Shown in pieces: positions 14,455-27,659 of a stretch of 64,000 nucleotides of DNA (the first letter of the stretch is position 1; each line of letters opens with the position of its first letter). The DNA is from Octopus vulgaris. Lineage: Eukaryota. The notes under the pieces were generated by a model. It made no database searches and was not told where the DNA came from. It saw nothing but the letters and a program-made list of their open reading frames with translations. The DNA lies in NCBI GenBank assembly GCA_951406725.2, contig OX597828.1, forward strand, positions 69,688,001 through 69,752,000, written 5' to 3'. The translations under genes and the position numbers were made by a program.

Positions 14455-14581
14455 CACATCACCGTGGAGAGTTTTACTCCGTGCCTCACTGACCTCTGCA
14501 AAGCATTATGGGAAGTGATGAAGTGCCACTACAAGACAATGTTGTGGCACAAACAACACAATGCCGACACACCAGACACCG
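14455..14581 (+). CDS. VPS50: VPS50 exon (HITVESFTPCLTDLCKALWEVM...)
   Basis: polypyrimidine + ccag / gtaagt; PCLxDLCKALWEVM conserved. Confidence 0.96.
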
Positions 14582-15391
14582 GTAAGTGCCGCCCCCATTG
14601 GTGTTTTGTATAACCCCCTCTCCCCAGCCCCTCCACCCTTTTGTTTGACTCACAAAAATTTGTTGTACTTTCTCTCTCTTTTTTTATTTTTGTGGTTTAG
14701 CCCAAGGTAAGTCCTGATTCAGCAAACCTATGATCCAAACCACACCAACTGTGACCATCCTTTGTTATATTCACATATATTGTGTGTTTAGAACTACATT
14801 ATTCTCTGTGACCTTCTGTTTTTAAGAAACTGATGATTTGTCTGCTATTTCCAGCTACATAGCAGCTCATTCTATGATGCTATTGTTTAACCCCAGGTCA
14901 ACTTTGATCCAGTAGACCTATGATCAATGACATTTTACTTTTGTATCATTTCATCAAATTATCCTATATGTCCTTCATTTTTTAAAACCATAGGATGTGA
15001 ATTGAGGGTGATTTGACTGCTATGTGTTGCAAGTCAACTGATCACATAGCGGCTCCTTCTTTGGTTTAGATTCCTCTGTTTTTTTGTAATGGGGTGGAAA
15101 GGGGGTTTGACATCTGATGCTAATTGCGATAGTCTTTCTATTACCCTCACCTCCCCACGATATTCTCCCTTCCTGCCCATTGGTCGTAATTGGCTGAAAT
15201 ATGTTGAGTCTTTATTGCTGAATCTCTTCCTGTCCCCTTAACACCCTAACCCCTTCCTCAAACCCTCACTCCAGTTACCATTCGATATTTCAGTAAATAT
15301 CTGACCACCCCTTTCTTTGTTGTCTGTCTCTCTCTCCCATCTCCATGCCTATCTTCCCACATCTATCTATCTGTCTGTCTATTCCTCTCAG

Positions 15392-15572
15392 AGCCACCGT
15401 CCAACAACGAGGAACTGTCATTCAACCAACGTTATGTTCAGCAGAAGCTCCAGCATGGCATGTTGCGTATCTGGCAGGATGTTCAACAGAAGGTGAAGAC
15501 CTTCATCCTGGGAACTGATTTGTCTTTCTTTAAATTCGAGGAATTCATTCTGGTATTGGATCTCGTTAACAG
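15392..15572 (+). CDS. VPS50: VPS50 exon ([60 protein letters not shown])
   Basis: Not in the ORF track; ctctcag / gtaagt; RIWQDVQ motif; phases 1/2 fit neighbours. Confidence 0.96.
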
Positions 15573-15796
15573 GTAAGTAATTGCATGGAATTTAACAAGT
15601 GTGTGTCTGTGTGCAGAGTAAAAGTTACCTGACATTTGAGTGGCGTGTAGCAGCTGTCACCTGACTTACGTTTAGTGTCACTCTGTGACAGGTGTGTGAG
15701 TGCAGGTCAGGTGACAAGTGTGTATCACCTCTTACCTGACAGGTATGTAGTGTCTGCCTTGTTACCATTGTATAAAACTTCAATATTTTATTTCAG

Positions 15797-15895
15797 ATTA
15801 ATAGAAATTGGTGAAGAGTTTTGTGGCAGCAAGTCTGAGAGTCTGCAAGATGTCCTTCGACAACAAAGTCTTAATTATTTCCGCAACCATCACAG
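15797..15895 (+). CDS. VPS50: VPS50 exon (LIEIGEEFCGSKSESLQDVLRQQSLNYFRNHH)
   Basis: tttcag / gttcgt; GEEFCGSKSE conserved. Confidence 0.96.
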
Positions 15896-16469
15896 GTTCG
15901 TTAATATTGTCTTACTCTGCGTCAGGTTGAAATCACCAACTTCTCGTTGTTTCCTGTGTTCTTGTTATTGTCACTGTTGTTGTTGTGTAGCCCTGAGTCC
16001 ACCATCCTGATCCAACAGACTCATGTATGGCCTAATGTTAGTTTAATGTCTAGGTTTGATCCCCAGATTTGAAATCTGATCGGCTTGGGAAGATGGGTCA
16101 TGCTATCCGAGTGGAAAGAGGAGCCTGAGGATGTGAAAGAATTGGTGAAGGGGGATCTCTGGAAGCTGAACCTCACAAACCAGATGACAAATGGCCTCGA
16201 GTATTCTTTTCTGCTCTAGGCCTGAGATTTTGGGGGACGGGGTCAGTTGATTAGATTGACCCCAGTACACAACTGGTACTTAATTTATCGATCCCGAAAG
16301 GACGAAAAGTAAAGACAGTGGCCAAAGTTGTTGCTGGAAGGCCGGTGGAGAATCTCGTGGTCAGCTGCTTGACATTGAAACTTTAGTGTATTAAATGTTT
16401 GTCTAAACATTGTTTGTGTTGGTGTCATCATCATCATCATCGTCTTGGTAACAATTCTTCTTTTTGTAG

Positions 16470-16560
16470 ATCCAGAATGGATGAGCTACGGATGTTCCTG
16501 GAGAACGAAGGCTGGGAGTTATGTCCGGTGCGATCCAACTTCAACCTACTTCAGCTTTTG
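16470..16560 (+). CDS. VPS50: VPS50 exon ([30 protein letters not shown])
   Basis: tttgtag / gtaaga; [17 protein letters not shown] conserved. Confidence 0.96.
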
Positions 16561-18033
16561 GTAAGAATCTCGTTATTGTTCTTTCTCAGAAATTAGGAAC
16601 AGTTCCATCTTTGATGATTGAGCTAATTACTGTATTTTTGTTTTGTTTTACTAATTAATCAATAGATAAGAATATTTAATAATTGCTGTTTGCATCCTGA
16701 TTATAGAATTAAGGACACCATACCCCTGTGTGCTGTAAGAGATAATTAAAAATGTTAAGGGGCTGGCATCAGGGTGGGTCTCCAGCCATAAGACATACCC
16801 ACCAAAATAAAAGGAATCATGAAGATTCGAGTGAGGTCGTTGCCAGTACCGCCTGACTGAAAGCGCCCACTACTTTCTCGGAGTGGTTGGCATTAGGAAG
16901 GGCATCCAGCTGTAGAAACTCTGCCAAATCAAGATTGGAGCCTGGTGCAACCATCTGGTTCGCCAGCCCTCAGTCAAAATCGTCCAACCCATGCTAGCAT
17001 GGAAAGTGGACGTTAAACGATGATGATGATGAAGAATACAATTAAAAGCTAAAAAAAAAAGGTTATAGGACTCTTGAACCTTAATCTTCTCTCTTTTGTT
17101 TTCAGTGTAAATAAATGGTTTTAAAGCATTTATTATTTGTTTTGTTAGGGTTTTTAATAAAATAGATAATGGAGTTTGAGGAAGTGTTAGCAGTAGTCCT
17201 CTATCTGCAATGAAGCAGGTTGAAAAGTTTGTAAACATTGGATATGTTGATGTTGAGAGAGAAATGTCAGTCAATTGTGATTCTTCAATAAAAGCTCTTC
17301 GTTGGAGAGAGAGAGAGAGAGGGAAAGAAAGAAGGAGAAAGAGTGTGTTTAATGTATTCACTGACCAACTTTCTTGTCTCCTCGACACTCATTGCTTAAT
17401 TACACTTATGTCAGTCAGTCTATCAAGGTTTCACTGATCCCTACTCAAGTTCTTCATTAATCTCAACTCAAGCCTTCACTAACTCCTACTCAAATCTTTG
17501 CTAATCCTTACTCATATCTTAATTAATTCCATCTTAAATCTCCACCAACTTTAACTTCAGTGAAACCAGCATGACATATATAAGTTCTTTTTATCCTGTA
17601 TGCACCCACATCACAACCCACCCTGTACCTGCATTCCCTACCCTTTTAAACCGAGGCATTTCAATAAGCAGCAGCGGGTTCTTTCTCTATAGAGACCCTT
17701 CTTGATCCCACCTACTCCTGTTGGTTTCAGGGACTCCTTGTGGATTCGGTTCCATCTGTTGACCACAAATACTCTCCTTGTTAGCCTACATTTCTTCCTG
17801 TTAACCCACGTACTTCCATGTTAACCCACGTCTTTTTAACCTCATGTAGTAAATAATCTCTGTCTATAATTTAAAAACCTTGTAAATTCATTCTCTTTTT
17901 GAAACCTGATTTAAGATTTAAAATTTTATTCCCTGTCTTAGAATTTCAGTAAATTGTACCATTTTCTCCAATTTACATGTCTTGGACTTTCAGGAAATTA
18001 TGCTATAGGCTTCATTTGTTTTGGTTCTTACAG

Positions 18034-18216
18034 GAATTCCGATTTATGCAGAACTGGAATTTAAACACTTCCAGCAATTCCTCGATGTGTAGCGGCAATC
18101 AGTTTGACACGAAGGAAGAAGTAGGTGGTTACTTCAGCAATTTAGAAGAAAAACGAAACCCATTTGATCTTCAGCTTGAAGAGGATGAACAAGAAGATGT
18201 CTTTGCTCGAACACTG
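18034..18216 (+). CDS. VPS50: VPS50 exon (EFRFMQNW...NPFDLQLEEDEQEDVFARTL)
   Basis: cttacag / gtcagt; EFxFM and NPF..EDV motifs. Confidence 0.93.
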
Positions 18217-19492
18217 GTCAGTGAGAGTTCCTGCTTACACTCACCACAATCATCATCATCATCATTACCACTTACACCATCACCAATACCACCACCACCA
18301 CCACCGTCGTCATCATTCATCATCATTACCACTTACACCATCACCGTCAACACCACACCATCACTCCTATAACCCACATGGTCATCTGAATCTACCATTC
18401 CTTGATGTTCTTCCCATCATTGTTTTTTTTTTTATTATTTGCTGAGTCTGTGGGTAGGGGCAGTGCCATGACCCTAGCAGCTCCTTCAAGACCAAGGGAG
18501 GTGGATGCTGTTGAGGGGTACTGTTTAAACTTACTGGTCAACATATGAGCAGAAAGAACATTCCAGTGGGATGATCTACTGGGGAGGAAAGGACTGGACA
18601 GTGATTAGTCAGGGGTGGCAGTGCCTGTGTGGAAGAGGTCTAAGACCAGTCAGCTTTATTGTTTGAAGGAACAGGGGTCATTATAGAAGCAATAGAAAAG
18701 ATAGAGGAGACAGCTCACTTGTGGGTGGGAGGCTGGGGTGGGTCGTCTGTTAGTGATTGAATATCAATCGGGTGAGTGCTCTGCTACCCTTATGTTGTTG
18801 TGGAACCTTAGGTAGGATCTTTAGAAGAAGACTTTCAGCATAGATGGTGCATTTCAAAAGTTCTGTAGGGTCTCCATTTCTCAACATTGGTCCTACATCA
18901 GCATGTTTTTTTTTGCAAGTGTTAGGGAGACTGTTTCAGGAAGACTGGCCATTGTATGGGATTCTCCCTGCTCTCCACACCATCAATGTTTATCCATGGG
19001 GAAGGTCACTGATTTGGGTTGACACAATGAGAACCAGTGTTATTGCAGACATTACTGCCAGAACACAAAGAACCAGGAGAGACACCACAAGGTATCTTGC
19101 TGGTCCCTGTCAATTTACTGCTTGCAGTTGGTGCCTTCTTTTTCATTTATCCTGAAGGGAAGAATAGCTAAGTTTACCTTGGCAGAATTTGAACTCTGTG
19201 TACAGAAAGTCAGAAAAAAAAAAACAAGATATTCTACCCAATGCTCTCATGACTGTTAATTCATGCTTAGGAATACTCAGCCATTTACATGTAAATGTAA
19301 CAATTTGGGGATTCTGTTGATTAAACAACTAAATACATTTTGTCAAAACCAATAATAGATCAATTGCCAATCACTTATTTAACATCATTGTTTTAATTAA
19401 CATCCACTTTTCCATGCTTGCTTGAATCTCTCTCTCTCTCTCCTACCATACTCTACTCACCTCTGTCTGTCCGTGTGTCTCTATCTTTTCAG

Positions 19493-19602
19493 GACCGAGA
19501 TGATCTCGACGGCAGCATTGGCAGTGACAGTGACTCTGATGTTGCGGATGAACTGAAGCAGGAATTTGTCGATGAACACACTGGCGACATGCAGTCACAC
19601 AA
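19493..19602 (+). CDS. VPS50: VPS50 exon (DRDDLDGSIGSDSDSDVADELKQEFVDEHTGD...)
   Basis: ttttcag / gtgagt; DSDSDVxxELKxxxVDExTGD conserved. Confidence 0.95.
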
Positions 19603-19863
19603 GTGAGTGGAACCGTCGCGGTATGGGTGGGGGTGTTGCTGTTGTAGGGTGAATGTTGTGAGGGTTGTGTTGGTGGTAGTTTTTGTATGACTGTGGTGGT
19701 GGTGGTAGTGACGTTTATAGTTTGGGTAGTTGTGTGGAAGAGGTACAAGTTGTTGTTCTATGTTGTATAGGTAATAGTTGTATTTGTGGTGGCTGGGATG
19801 TCATTTGTATTGGCAGTAGTTGTGGTGGTGAGTTTTAATAATTTTAGTCGTTCCTCTGATATA

Positions 19864-20400
19864 TACAGTGTATCTGTAAAGTTACTATACAGTTAGGCTG
19901 AAAACAACTCTAGGATACGGTTGCTGAGGCATCTGTAAGACGCCCAAAGAAATCAATTTGCCATGGTGGTTCAGAAATTGGTATCAAACGAACATCACTG
20001 CATAAAATACCAAACTCAAGAAGAAACCTTACATTCTGTGCCTAATTCACAGACTTCTGGAGGATAGCCCTGATCACAGGTCTCAATTTTGCAAACAGTT
20101 TGTAAGTCAAAGAAGCCAAGAAATATTGAAGAACTTTGCTAATTCATTATTGATGCATTTGCTAACCTTGATCCAGACTTGCTTACAGTGTCACAGTGTG
20201 CTTTCGTGCTGTCGGGAATGCACTGAAGCTAATGGCTTACAATTTGAACATTTCTCATAACTGTAAAAAACAGAATTGATTTGCCTGTTTTATTACATTT
20301 TCTGATGTAATACATATATTTTGTGAAAATCTTTTTTGTCTAACCATGCTATTTTTTTTTATTACAAATAATATGGTTAGACAAAATATATAGGGTGTCC
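19864..20400 (+). mobile_element. Internally deleted, decayed Tc1/mariner-superfamily element (maT/DD37D-like)
   Basis: TA-cagtgtatctgtaaagtt start; remnant peptide RPKKSICHGGSEIGIKRTSLHKI..KPYILCLIHRLLEDSPDHRSQFC (HTH/linker) and C-terminal ECTEANGLQFEHF-like end. Confidence 0.62.
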
Positions 20401-20898
20401 ATAAAGTGTATGTATGTATATTGTCACATGACCTCACATCACATTTCTCAGTGTTGTGTGATTAGGGGGCAAGCATCACTGCCCCTTGCTGACACCTCAC
20501 ACTGTTACAGCTTAAATAGTGCATTAGTTTAAGGGAACAAAATAGATTAGTTAAATCAGACCCCTTAGTAACTGACCCCTAATATTTCTTCCTATCAAGA
20601 TGGTACACCGTGACCCTAAGCTGTGTTTAAAGGGGACAATAGAGAATTATTAAATCCACATTTGTACAGAAAGAGCCCCTAACACCTTCACCCCTACCTT
20701 TAATCAAAATGGTGCAACGATTTGGTTCTTAGCTGTATTTAAGGGGCCAACATAGCATTGTTAACTCAGCAAATGTGTAAACAGAGCCCTTAGCCCCCCC
20801 CTCTTGCTCACAAGATATTACTCTAATGTGACCATTATATCGAAAATGTCCTTATTTAACCCAACTAACAAGCTGTCCTTGTGTTTCTCCTTCGCCAG

Positions 20899-20984
20899 TC
20901 ATCGACCTCGTGCACGGAGCAGAAGTGGATTGAAGTCTGTAGCCATTGTGACCAACACTTCTCTGAATATACTCCGAGTTATAG
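20899..20984 (+). CDS. VPS50: VPS50 exon (HRPRARSRSGLKSVAIVTNTSLNILRVI)
   Basis: cgccag / gtaagt; TNTxLNxxRxxG motif; phases 2/1. Confidence 0.93.
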
Positions 20985-22277
20985 GTAAGTCCTCTTCATG
21001 TCAGTGACTCCTTTAATTATTAGTCTGTTTCACCTATGTAAGTAATTGCTCAGTTATATAAGTTATTCAGTAATGTGTGTACTAAGTTAATAAGTATATT
21101 GTATGGTTAATAGCATGTGTATTATTTCAGTAGTTAGTCAAATCTGTGGGCTGTGTTACAAATATATGTACCAAGTTTATAATAGTTATTACAAGGTTAC
21201 AGTCACTCTGTACACTAAGTTACTAATACATGTTCAAATCATCATCACCATTTAAGGTCTGTTTCCCACACAAGTTCCAGGAAAACATTGAGCTCCAATG
21301 TCGGCTTTGACATGGTTTCCTTCGATGCCCTTCCTAATGCAAACCACATTGTAATGTATACTGAGTACTTTTTGTGTGCTTCTGAAACTGGTGAGGTCAT
21401 CAAGTGGCTTGCAGGACAGGACAAGGGCTCCCTTGATTAAGTGGTGGTGGTGGAGAGGGTATTTAAGAAGGGCCATATGGCTTTATAATAGCAGTTAAGA
21501 GGCTAATAAATATATATATATATATATTTCTTTATCGCCCACAGGGAGCTAAACATAGAGGGGACAAACAAAGGGATTAAGTCGATAACATCAACCCCAG
21601 TGTGTAACTGGTACTTATTTAATTGACCCTGAAAGGATGAAAGGTAGTCGACCTCGGTGGAATTTGAACTCAGAACATAGCGGCAGATGAAATACCGCTA
21701 AACATTTTCCCTGGCGTGCTAACAATTCTGACAGCTCGCCACCTTTTATACATATATATATATACACACACACATACATATATACGAGTGTGCATAGCCT
21801 AGTTGTTAGGGTGTTGTACTCCTGATTCATTTCCTAGACCGGGTGGTGCATTGTATTCTGGGGCAAAACACTTCACCTCACTTTGCCCTGTGATCACTTC
21901 CTTACCTGGCAGGTGGTACACCATGGCACCTGTTCGGACATCGTCCATTTGATGGAGATAGTGAACTAATGTACAACACATACATTTGATCACCAGAAAC
22001 AAATCATTTGTGCAGCTCATTTGGCACAAACGACATCATCATTTAACGTCCGTTTTCTATGCTGGCATGAGTTGGACAGTTTGACCAGGGTCTGGGAAGC
22101 CAGGAGGCTGCATCAGGCTCCAGTCTGATCTGGCAGTGTTTCTACAGCTGGATGCCCTTCCTAACGCCAACCACTCTGCGAGTGTAGTGGGTGCTTTTTA
22201 TGTGCCACCAGCACAGGGGCCAGAGGAGGCTGGCAACGGTCACAATCGGTAGGTGCTTTTTACGTGCCACCGGCATG

Positions 22278-22313
<36 letters not shown>

Positions 22314-22597
22314 GGCTTCTTTCAGTTTCCATCTACCAAATTCACTCACAAGGCTTTGGCTGGCCCAAGGCCATAGTAGAAGATACTTGCCCAAGGTGCC
22401 AGACAGTAGGACCGAACCCAGAACCATGTGGTTGGGAAGCTTTTTAACATATATATATATATATATATATATGCAGACAATAAATGATGATGATGCTATA
22501 AAGTTAGTCTAATGTATTTATTATGTTATTATGGTTAGCCATTAGTCTAATCTCTGTATTAAGTTAGTAAAATAATTTAATTATATTTTAATTAAAG

Positions 22598-22689
22598 GGA
22601 GATACATGAAAATGATGAACATTTTGAAGCCGATTGCCTTTGATGTGATCAGCTGCATGTCTCAGCTGTTTGACTACTACATGTACTCG
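22598..22689 (+). CDS. VPS50: VPS50 exon ([31 protein letters not shown])
   Basis: attaaag / gtaagt; [13 protein letters not shown] conserved. Confidence 0.96.
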
Positions 22690-23179
22690 GTAAGTACTAA
22701 CACCACCACCAATACTATGCATTACATACTAAGCATTGCTACTATGCCATGTACTACTGTTGCATTAGGTGCAACTACTACACACCAAGCACATACTACA
22801 TTCTGTTCTGTTACTATACAACACTCTGTATAGTACCACAGCTACTACATCACTAACTACAAAAACCAAAAATGTTGTTGTGTAATATTACCCCCTCTAC
22901 CTTGTCTGTGTCATGTGCCGTGCCCTTTTGTTGTGCTGCACCTTCCTGTTATGCGACCCTCTCCTCGTGTTTCCCCATTTTCATAATCTCCCTGTTTTGT
23001 TTCTCCAGTCATATTTCCCCACCGTTTCACCCTTTATTCTTATTCTCCTTCTCATTTCCCCGTCGTGTTTTCCCCACTATGTTGCCCCATCCATCCATTA
23101 TGTTTCTCCCCCATATTACCCCCTTGTGAATGTCAAGTACCCCTGATGATTTCATTGATTTAACCCTTTCTCTTTCTAG

Positions 23180-23206
23180 GTCTACATTTTCTTCAGTTCT
23201 GATGGG
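23180..23206 (+). CDS. VPS50: VPS50 27-nt microexon (VYIFFSSDG)
   Basis: ctttctag / gtaagt; aligns to IYTFFG; phase 0/0. Confidence 0.88.
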
Positions 23207-23352
23207 GTAAGTACACACCACCATATTTACCTTCACTATCACAATTACCATTCTGACTACCATCACCACACTTGGCATTCAATCCACCACCACCACCACC
23301 TTCCCATTCACTGATATATATATCTCTCACCCCCCACCTCTCTACCTTACAG

Positions 23353-23475
23353 CCAGAAATCAATGATGTCACAATGAAGAACCGACTGAAAATCACGTTA
23401 CAAAGAGTTGGTGAAAGTTTAATTGCTGATGGTTCTGTGTCAGTTGGCAATGGATTGGTGCCACCCGAGAAAACG
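23353..23475 (+). CDS. VPS50: VPS50 exon (PEINDVTMKNRLKITLQRVGESLI...PEKT)
   Basis: cttacag / gtaagt; RLxxTLxRIxESLI motif. Confidence 0.92.
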
Positions 23476-23667
23476 GTAAGTTCTTTAAAACCAATTCCTA
23501 TAAACTAGAGTCTGTCCTCTTGTTAGATTCCTCAGTCCAGCAGGGTATCTTTGACTGAGAAGGCACACATCACCCACCACACTATATGTCCACTAGCAAC
23601 CACCACCACCCACCCCTCCTCTACCAGTCTCGGTTTGCCATTAATCGTGTTCTTCTCTTTGTTACAG

Positions 23668-23765
23668 GACAAGATCCGCCAGGCCTACCTCTCACCAACC
23701 GTCAACCTCACCAATCCTCAAAAGCTATTTGGTCTTTCAGAGAGAATCGTTGCTGCTGAATCACT
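23668..23765 (+). CDS. VPS50: VPS50 exon (DKIRQAYLSPTVNLTNPQKLFGLSERIVAAES)
   Basis: gttacag / gtacgt; LxGLxERxVAxESL motif. Confidence 0.95.
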
Positions 23766-23949
23766 GTACGTTGGCCCCTGACCCCTGGGCAGGGGCGCCT
23801 TTTATTACCCGATTTTTATTGACTGATTGTTTGAGAGATACTATGTGTTAATCAACTCCATTAATTGATTAATTAATTATTGACTTGATTGATCAGGCCC
23901 AGTTGTTAAATGATCAATGTTGTCATGTGATGACAGCGTTGACCCCGCA

Positions 23950-24100
23950 TTGCTGTGACAGTGCTGCCATAGCAACCAGTGTGATGGTTGTGTTACCACA
24001 GTAACCCAAGTGATGGTTGTGTTACCATAGCAATCTGTATGATGGTTGTGTTGTCATAGTAACCTGTATAAATGATTGTGTTGTCATAGAAACTGCTTGA
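23950..24100. repeat. Degenerate ~31-bp tandem repeat
   Basis: gtgatggttgtgttaccatagcaac-like units, about 4-5 copies. Confidence 0.7.
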
Positions 24101-24210
24101 GAATAGCTGTGGTCTGTCTGTGAGGTCTACTCTCAATAAATTAAAGTATATAATTGTGTTAATTATATTGGTATGTGTTGTTTATGATTATTTTTGTCTT
24201 TAATTGACAG

Positions 24211-24307
24211 TGTGTTTCTGGCCGAACAATTTGAATTCCTGCAGCCATACCTGGACAGTATGATTCCGGTCAACAAGAAAGCATTTCTCCAACAGTTTTA
24301 TTCACAA
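24211..24307 (+). CDS. VPS50: VPS50 exon ([32 protein letters not shown])
   Basis: Not in the ORF track; tgacag / gtaaaa; near-identical to the syndetin C domain. Confidence 0.96.
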
Positions 24308-25737
24308 GTAAAAAATACCATTTTTTAAAAATTTTGTAAAGACAAAATGTTTCCTGTTTTGTTGCAGTTTGAGGGTCAGATTTAAGTGAGACTAATATCC
24401 CCCTCCCCTACAAATGTGTGCGTGTGGAGGCTGGTGGCGCTTATAAGACCTCATTATTTTGCAAACTGGCCAAATCATTAAAGCATCACACAAAATACTT
24501 TGCTGTATATGTTCTGGTTTCAAATCCCACCAAGGTCATCTCTGCCATTCATTCTTTCTGGGAGTCAATAAAATAAAGTACCAGTTAAGTACTGTGGTCA
24601 GTGGTATCTGGTAACCCTATCCTCTTAAAAATTGTTGGTTATGTTCCTAAATTAGAAAATAATTATTCAGAGATAAAAATCGTTGCCAGGGTAACAGATT
24701 GGCTCCCGTGCCGGTGACATGTGAAAAGCCCCATTAGAGCGTGATCGTTGCCAGCATCGCCTTACCAGGACGTGGAAAACAACATTTGAGCGTGGTTGTT
24801 GCCAGTGCTGCCGGACTGGCTCCCGTGCAGGTAGCATGTAAAAACACCTTTTGAGCGTGGTCGTTGCCAGAACCACCCAACTGGCCCATGTGCCGGTGGC
24901 ACGTAAAAGCACCCACTACACTCTCGGAGTGGTTGGCGTTAGGAAGGGCATCCAGCTGTAGAAACTTTGCCAGATCATATTGGAACCTGGTGCGGCCATT
25001 TGGCTCACCAGTCCTCAGTCAAACCGTCCAACCCATGCCAGCATGGAAAGCAGACGTTTAACGACGATGATGAAAAACCATTATTAAGGTGGCAAGCTGG
25101 CAGAATCGTTAGAGCACCGGACAAAGTGTTTTGTGGCTTTTCTTCTGGATCCCTATGTTCTGAGTTCAAATTCTGCCGAGATCAGTTTTGCCTTTCATTC
25201 TTTTGTAGGTCAATAAATAAAATACCAGTTGAGCACGGTGGTGGGGTTGGTGTAACCAACTCACCCCCTCTGTCCTCTGAAACTACTGGCCTTATGCCAA
25301 AATTTGAAGGGATTAACATTATTGCTTGCAGTCAGATCCACTGAGCCCTTCCCTTAATTTCTGGCCGTGAACCTTTGTTGGAGACAATTCTTCTCATTGT
25401 TATTGTTAGTAGAATCATTAGGGTGCCAAGAAAAAAAATGCCTTGTGCAGTATTTGATCTAGCACTTTACATTTTGATTTCAAATTCCGTTGAAGTCAGC
25501 TTTCGTTTTTGTCCATCAGGGGTCAGTAAGACTATCGGTCAATTACTGAGTTCCATGGTTTGGACTAATTCCCCTTCCCCCACCCCTAGGCTGACGTAAA
25601 TGTTAATTAACACCTTATGAATATGAACCAATCAAGCAGGTGTCTTCATTTCTTAAAAAAAAAAACCCACTTCTTTTCTCTCCAAAAACCCTTTAATGTT
25701 GTCACTGTTAACATCTCTCTTCCTTTTTCTGTTGCAG

Positions 25738-25896
25738 ACTGTGAAGATGGCAAGTGAACTGCGTAAACCAATCTACCGTGTTGTGTCGTCGCAAGTGATT
25801 GATTACGGAAACCTTGTCCAGCAGATGTCAGCAGTGAAGTGGGATGTGAAGGACATCATGTCCCAGCACAACACTTACGTTGACAGCATCCTGGAA
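25738..25896 (+). CDS. VPS50: VPS50 exon (TVKMASELRKPIY...KWDVKDIMSQHNTYVDSILE)
   Basis: gttgcag / gtaaga; KWDVKxIMSQHNxYVD conserved. Confidence 0.97.
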
Positions 25897-27537
25897 GTAA
25901 GATTCTTACTTTTCATCTCAACTTCTCTTATAACAGTCTGACAGCTTTGCTATTAATGTCTGTATTCCAAGTGTCCCCTCTCAAGTAAGACAACTATCTC
26001 TGTGCCCTTATTTGTACTCTGGCCTCTCACCTGGCTCATAGCCACTTCCTTTGGTTCCCTCTCTCATCTGAGTGATCTTTGTTGTATAAGCTACATGGTG
26101 ACCCCACATTCTGTAAAGTGGTTGGCATCAGGAAGGGCGTCCAGCCTTAAAAACCATGCCAAAACACCCAATGGATCAGATGTTGCTCTCCAACCCCTGT
26201 TGAACTGTTCAACTCATGCCAGCTTGGAAAATGGATATTAAATGATGATGGAAATGATGTATTTCATACAAACACTGCTTAAGTGAGAGAATACAGAGGC
26301 AGGATTTTTATGGCCGGATGCACTTTTCGTTACCAACCCATATCTGCTTTTCAAGTAAGGGAGGATTGCTTTTTTGATTCCCGAGGAATCTGAAAGCACA
26401 AAAGAGTTCGTTATTGGGCGATTTGTCAACAAGCATCACCAGTTGCAGCCCAGCCACAAATGGTAACCTCATGCTTCATAGCACTGTGTGTAGTTTTGTG
26501 AACATTCACTGATACAGATGTACACACACACAACTACGATGGGCTTCTTTCAGTTTCTGCCTGTGAAACTGCAAGGCATTGGTTAGCTTGGGGCTGTTAC
26601 AGAAGACACTTGGCCAAGCTCTTCCACGATGAGATTGAACCTGGAGCTGGGTGATCGAGAAGTGAACTTCTTAACTGCAACATCATACCTATCCACCCTT
26701 TCCTCTTTATCCTTGTTTTACTGATCCCTTTTCTGTCGTTGGTTTTATTCTGTGTATTGTACATGTCTTTCTCTATTTGACTAATATGTCTACCCTCTGT
26801 CCCCTCTTCTAACCCTTTTCTTCTGAGGAGTTACAGGGCATCTGAGTAATATATAAAATCATTCATTATCACATTTACAACTAAACGAACCCTTCATTTG
26901 GTACCCGTTCCCTATGTACTGTACCTTTATGTGGACATCTATTTATTGGTTGATCTACTTTGGCTCCACAAGGGACCAATTTATAATCCCATGAAACGTA
27001 CCTTTATATGGTATTGTTCACCTAGAACTATTCCAGGTGAATTATCCTTCAACAAAATACCTACAAACAGCTGAACTGTACCTCCTCATGGTTCCAATTT
27101 ACAATGAAATGGAATGTATCGTTATGTGGTACCTATTTCAGATGGAGTGTACCTCAACATAGTACCTATTAACTGCTGGGGGGTATCTGTATCTTCACAA
27201 AGTACTTATTTAGAGCTAGGTGGACTGTACTTTTGTGCGGTACCCATTCAAGGTGAACTGTACCTCAACATGGTACATATATGCTGCTAGATGGACAGTA
27301 CCTCCACTGAGAGCATCATAGTAGTCAGATCTCATCAACCCAAGCAATTATAGAATTTGTGGACGGAAAAACGTTCTTGTGTAATATTGTGATAACGTTA
27401 CTGTGATGTTGTGACATTGATGCTTGACAGATTTATTAGAGTCGGCTTTCCTTGAAAGATGAAATTCAGTAATACCATATCAAATTGTGATGCTGTGTCG
27501 TCACCTGGGTAACTTGATGCCTCTTTGTCTTTTACAG

Positions 27538-27659
27538 AGTTTCCAAGACTTTCGTAATCGTCTTCATGAAGTTAGTCGCCATGTCCCGGTCTCCAAGGTT
27601 GTCCATGACATCATCTGGGAACACTGCATATCGTTGGCAAATCGTATGTTTGTTGAGGG
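27538..27659 (+). CDS. VPS50: VPS50 exon (SFQDFRNRLHEVSRHVPVSKVVHDIIWEHCISLANRMFVEG)
   Basis: tttacag / gtaagt; WEHCIxLANRxxVEG conserved. Confidence 0.96.
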
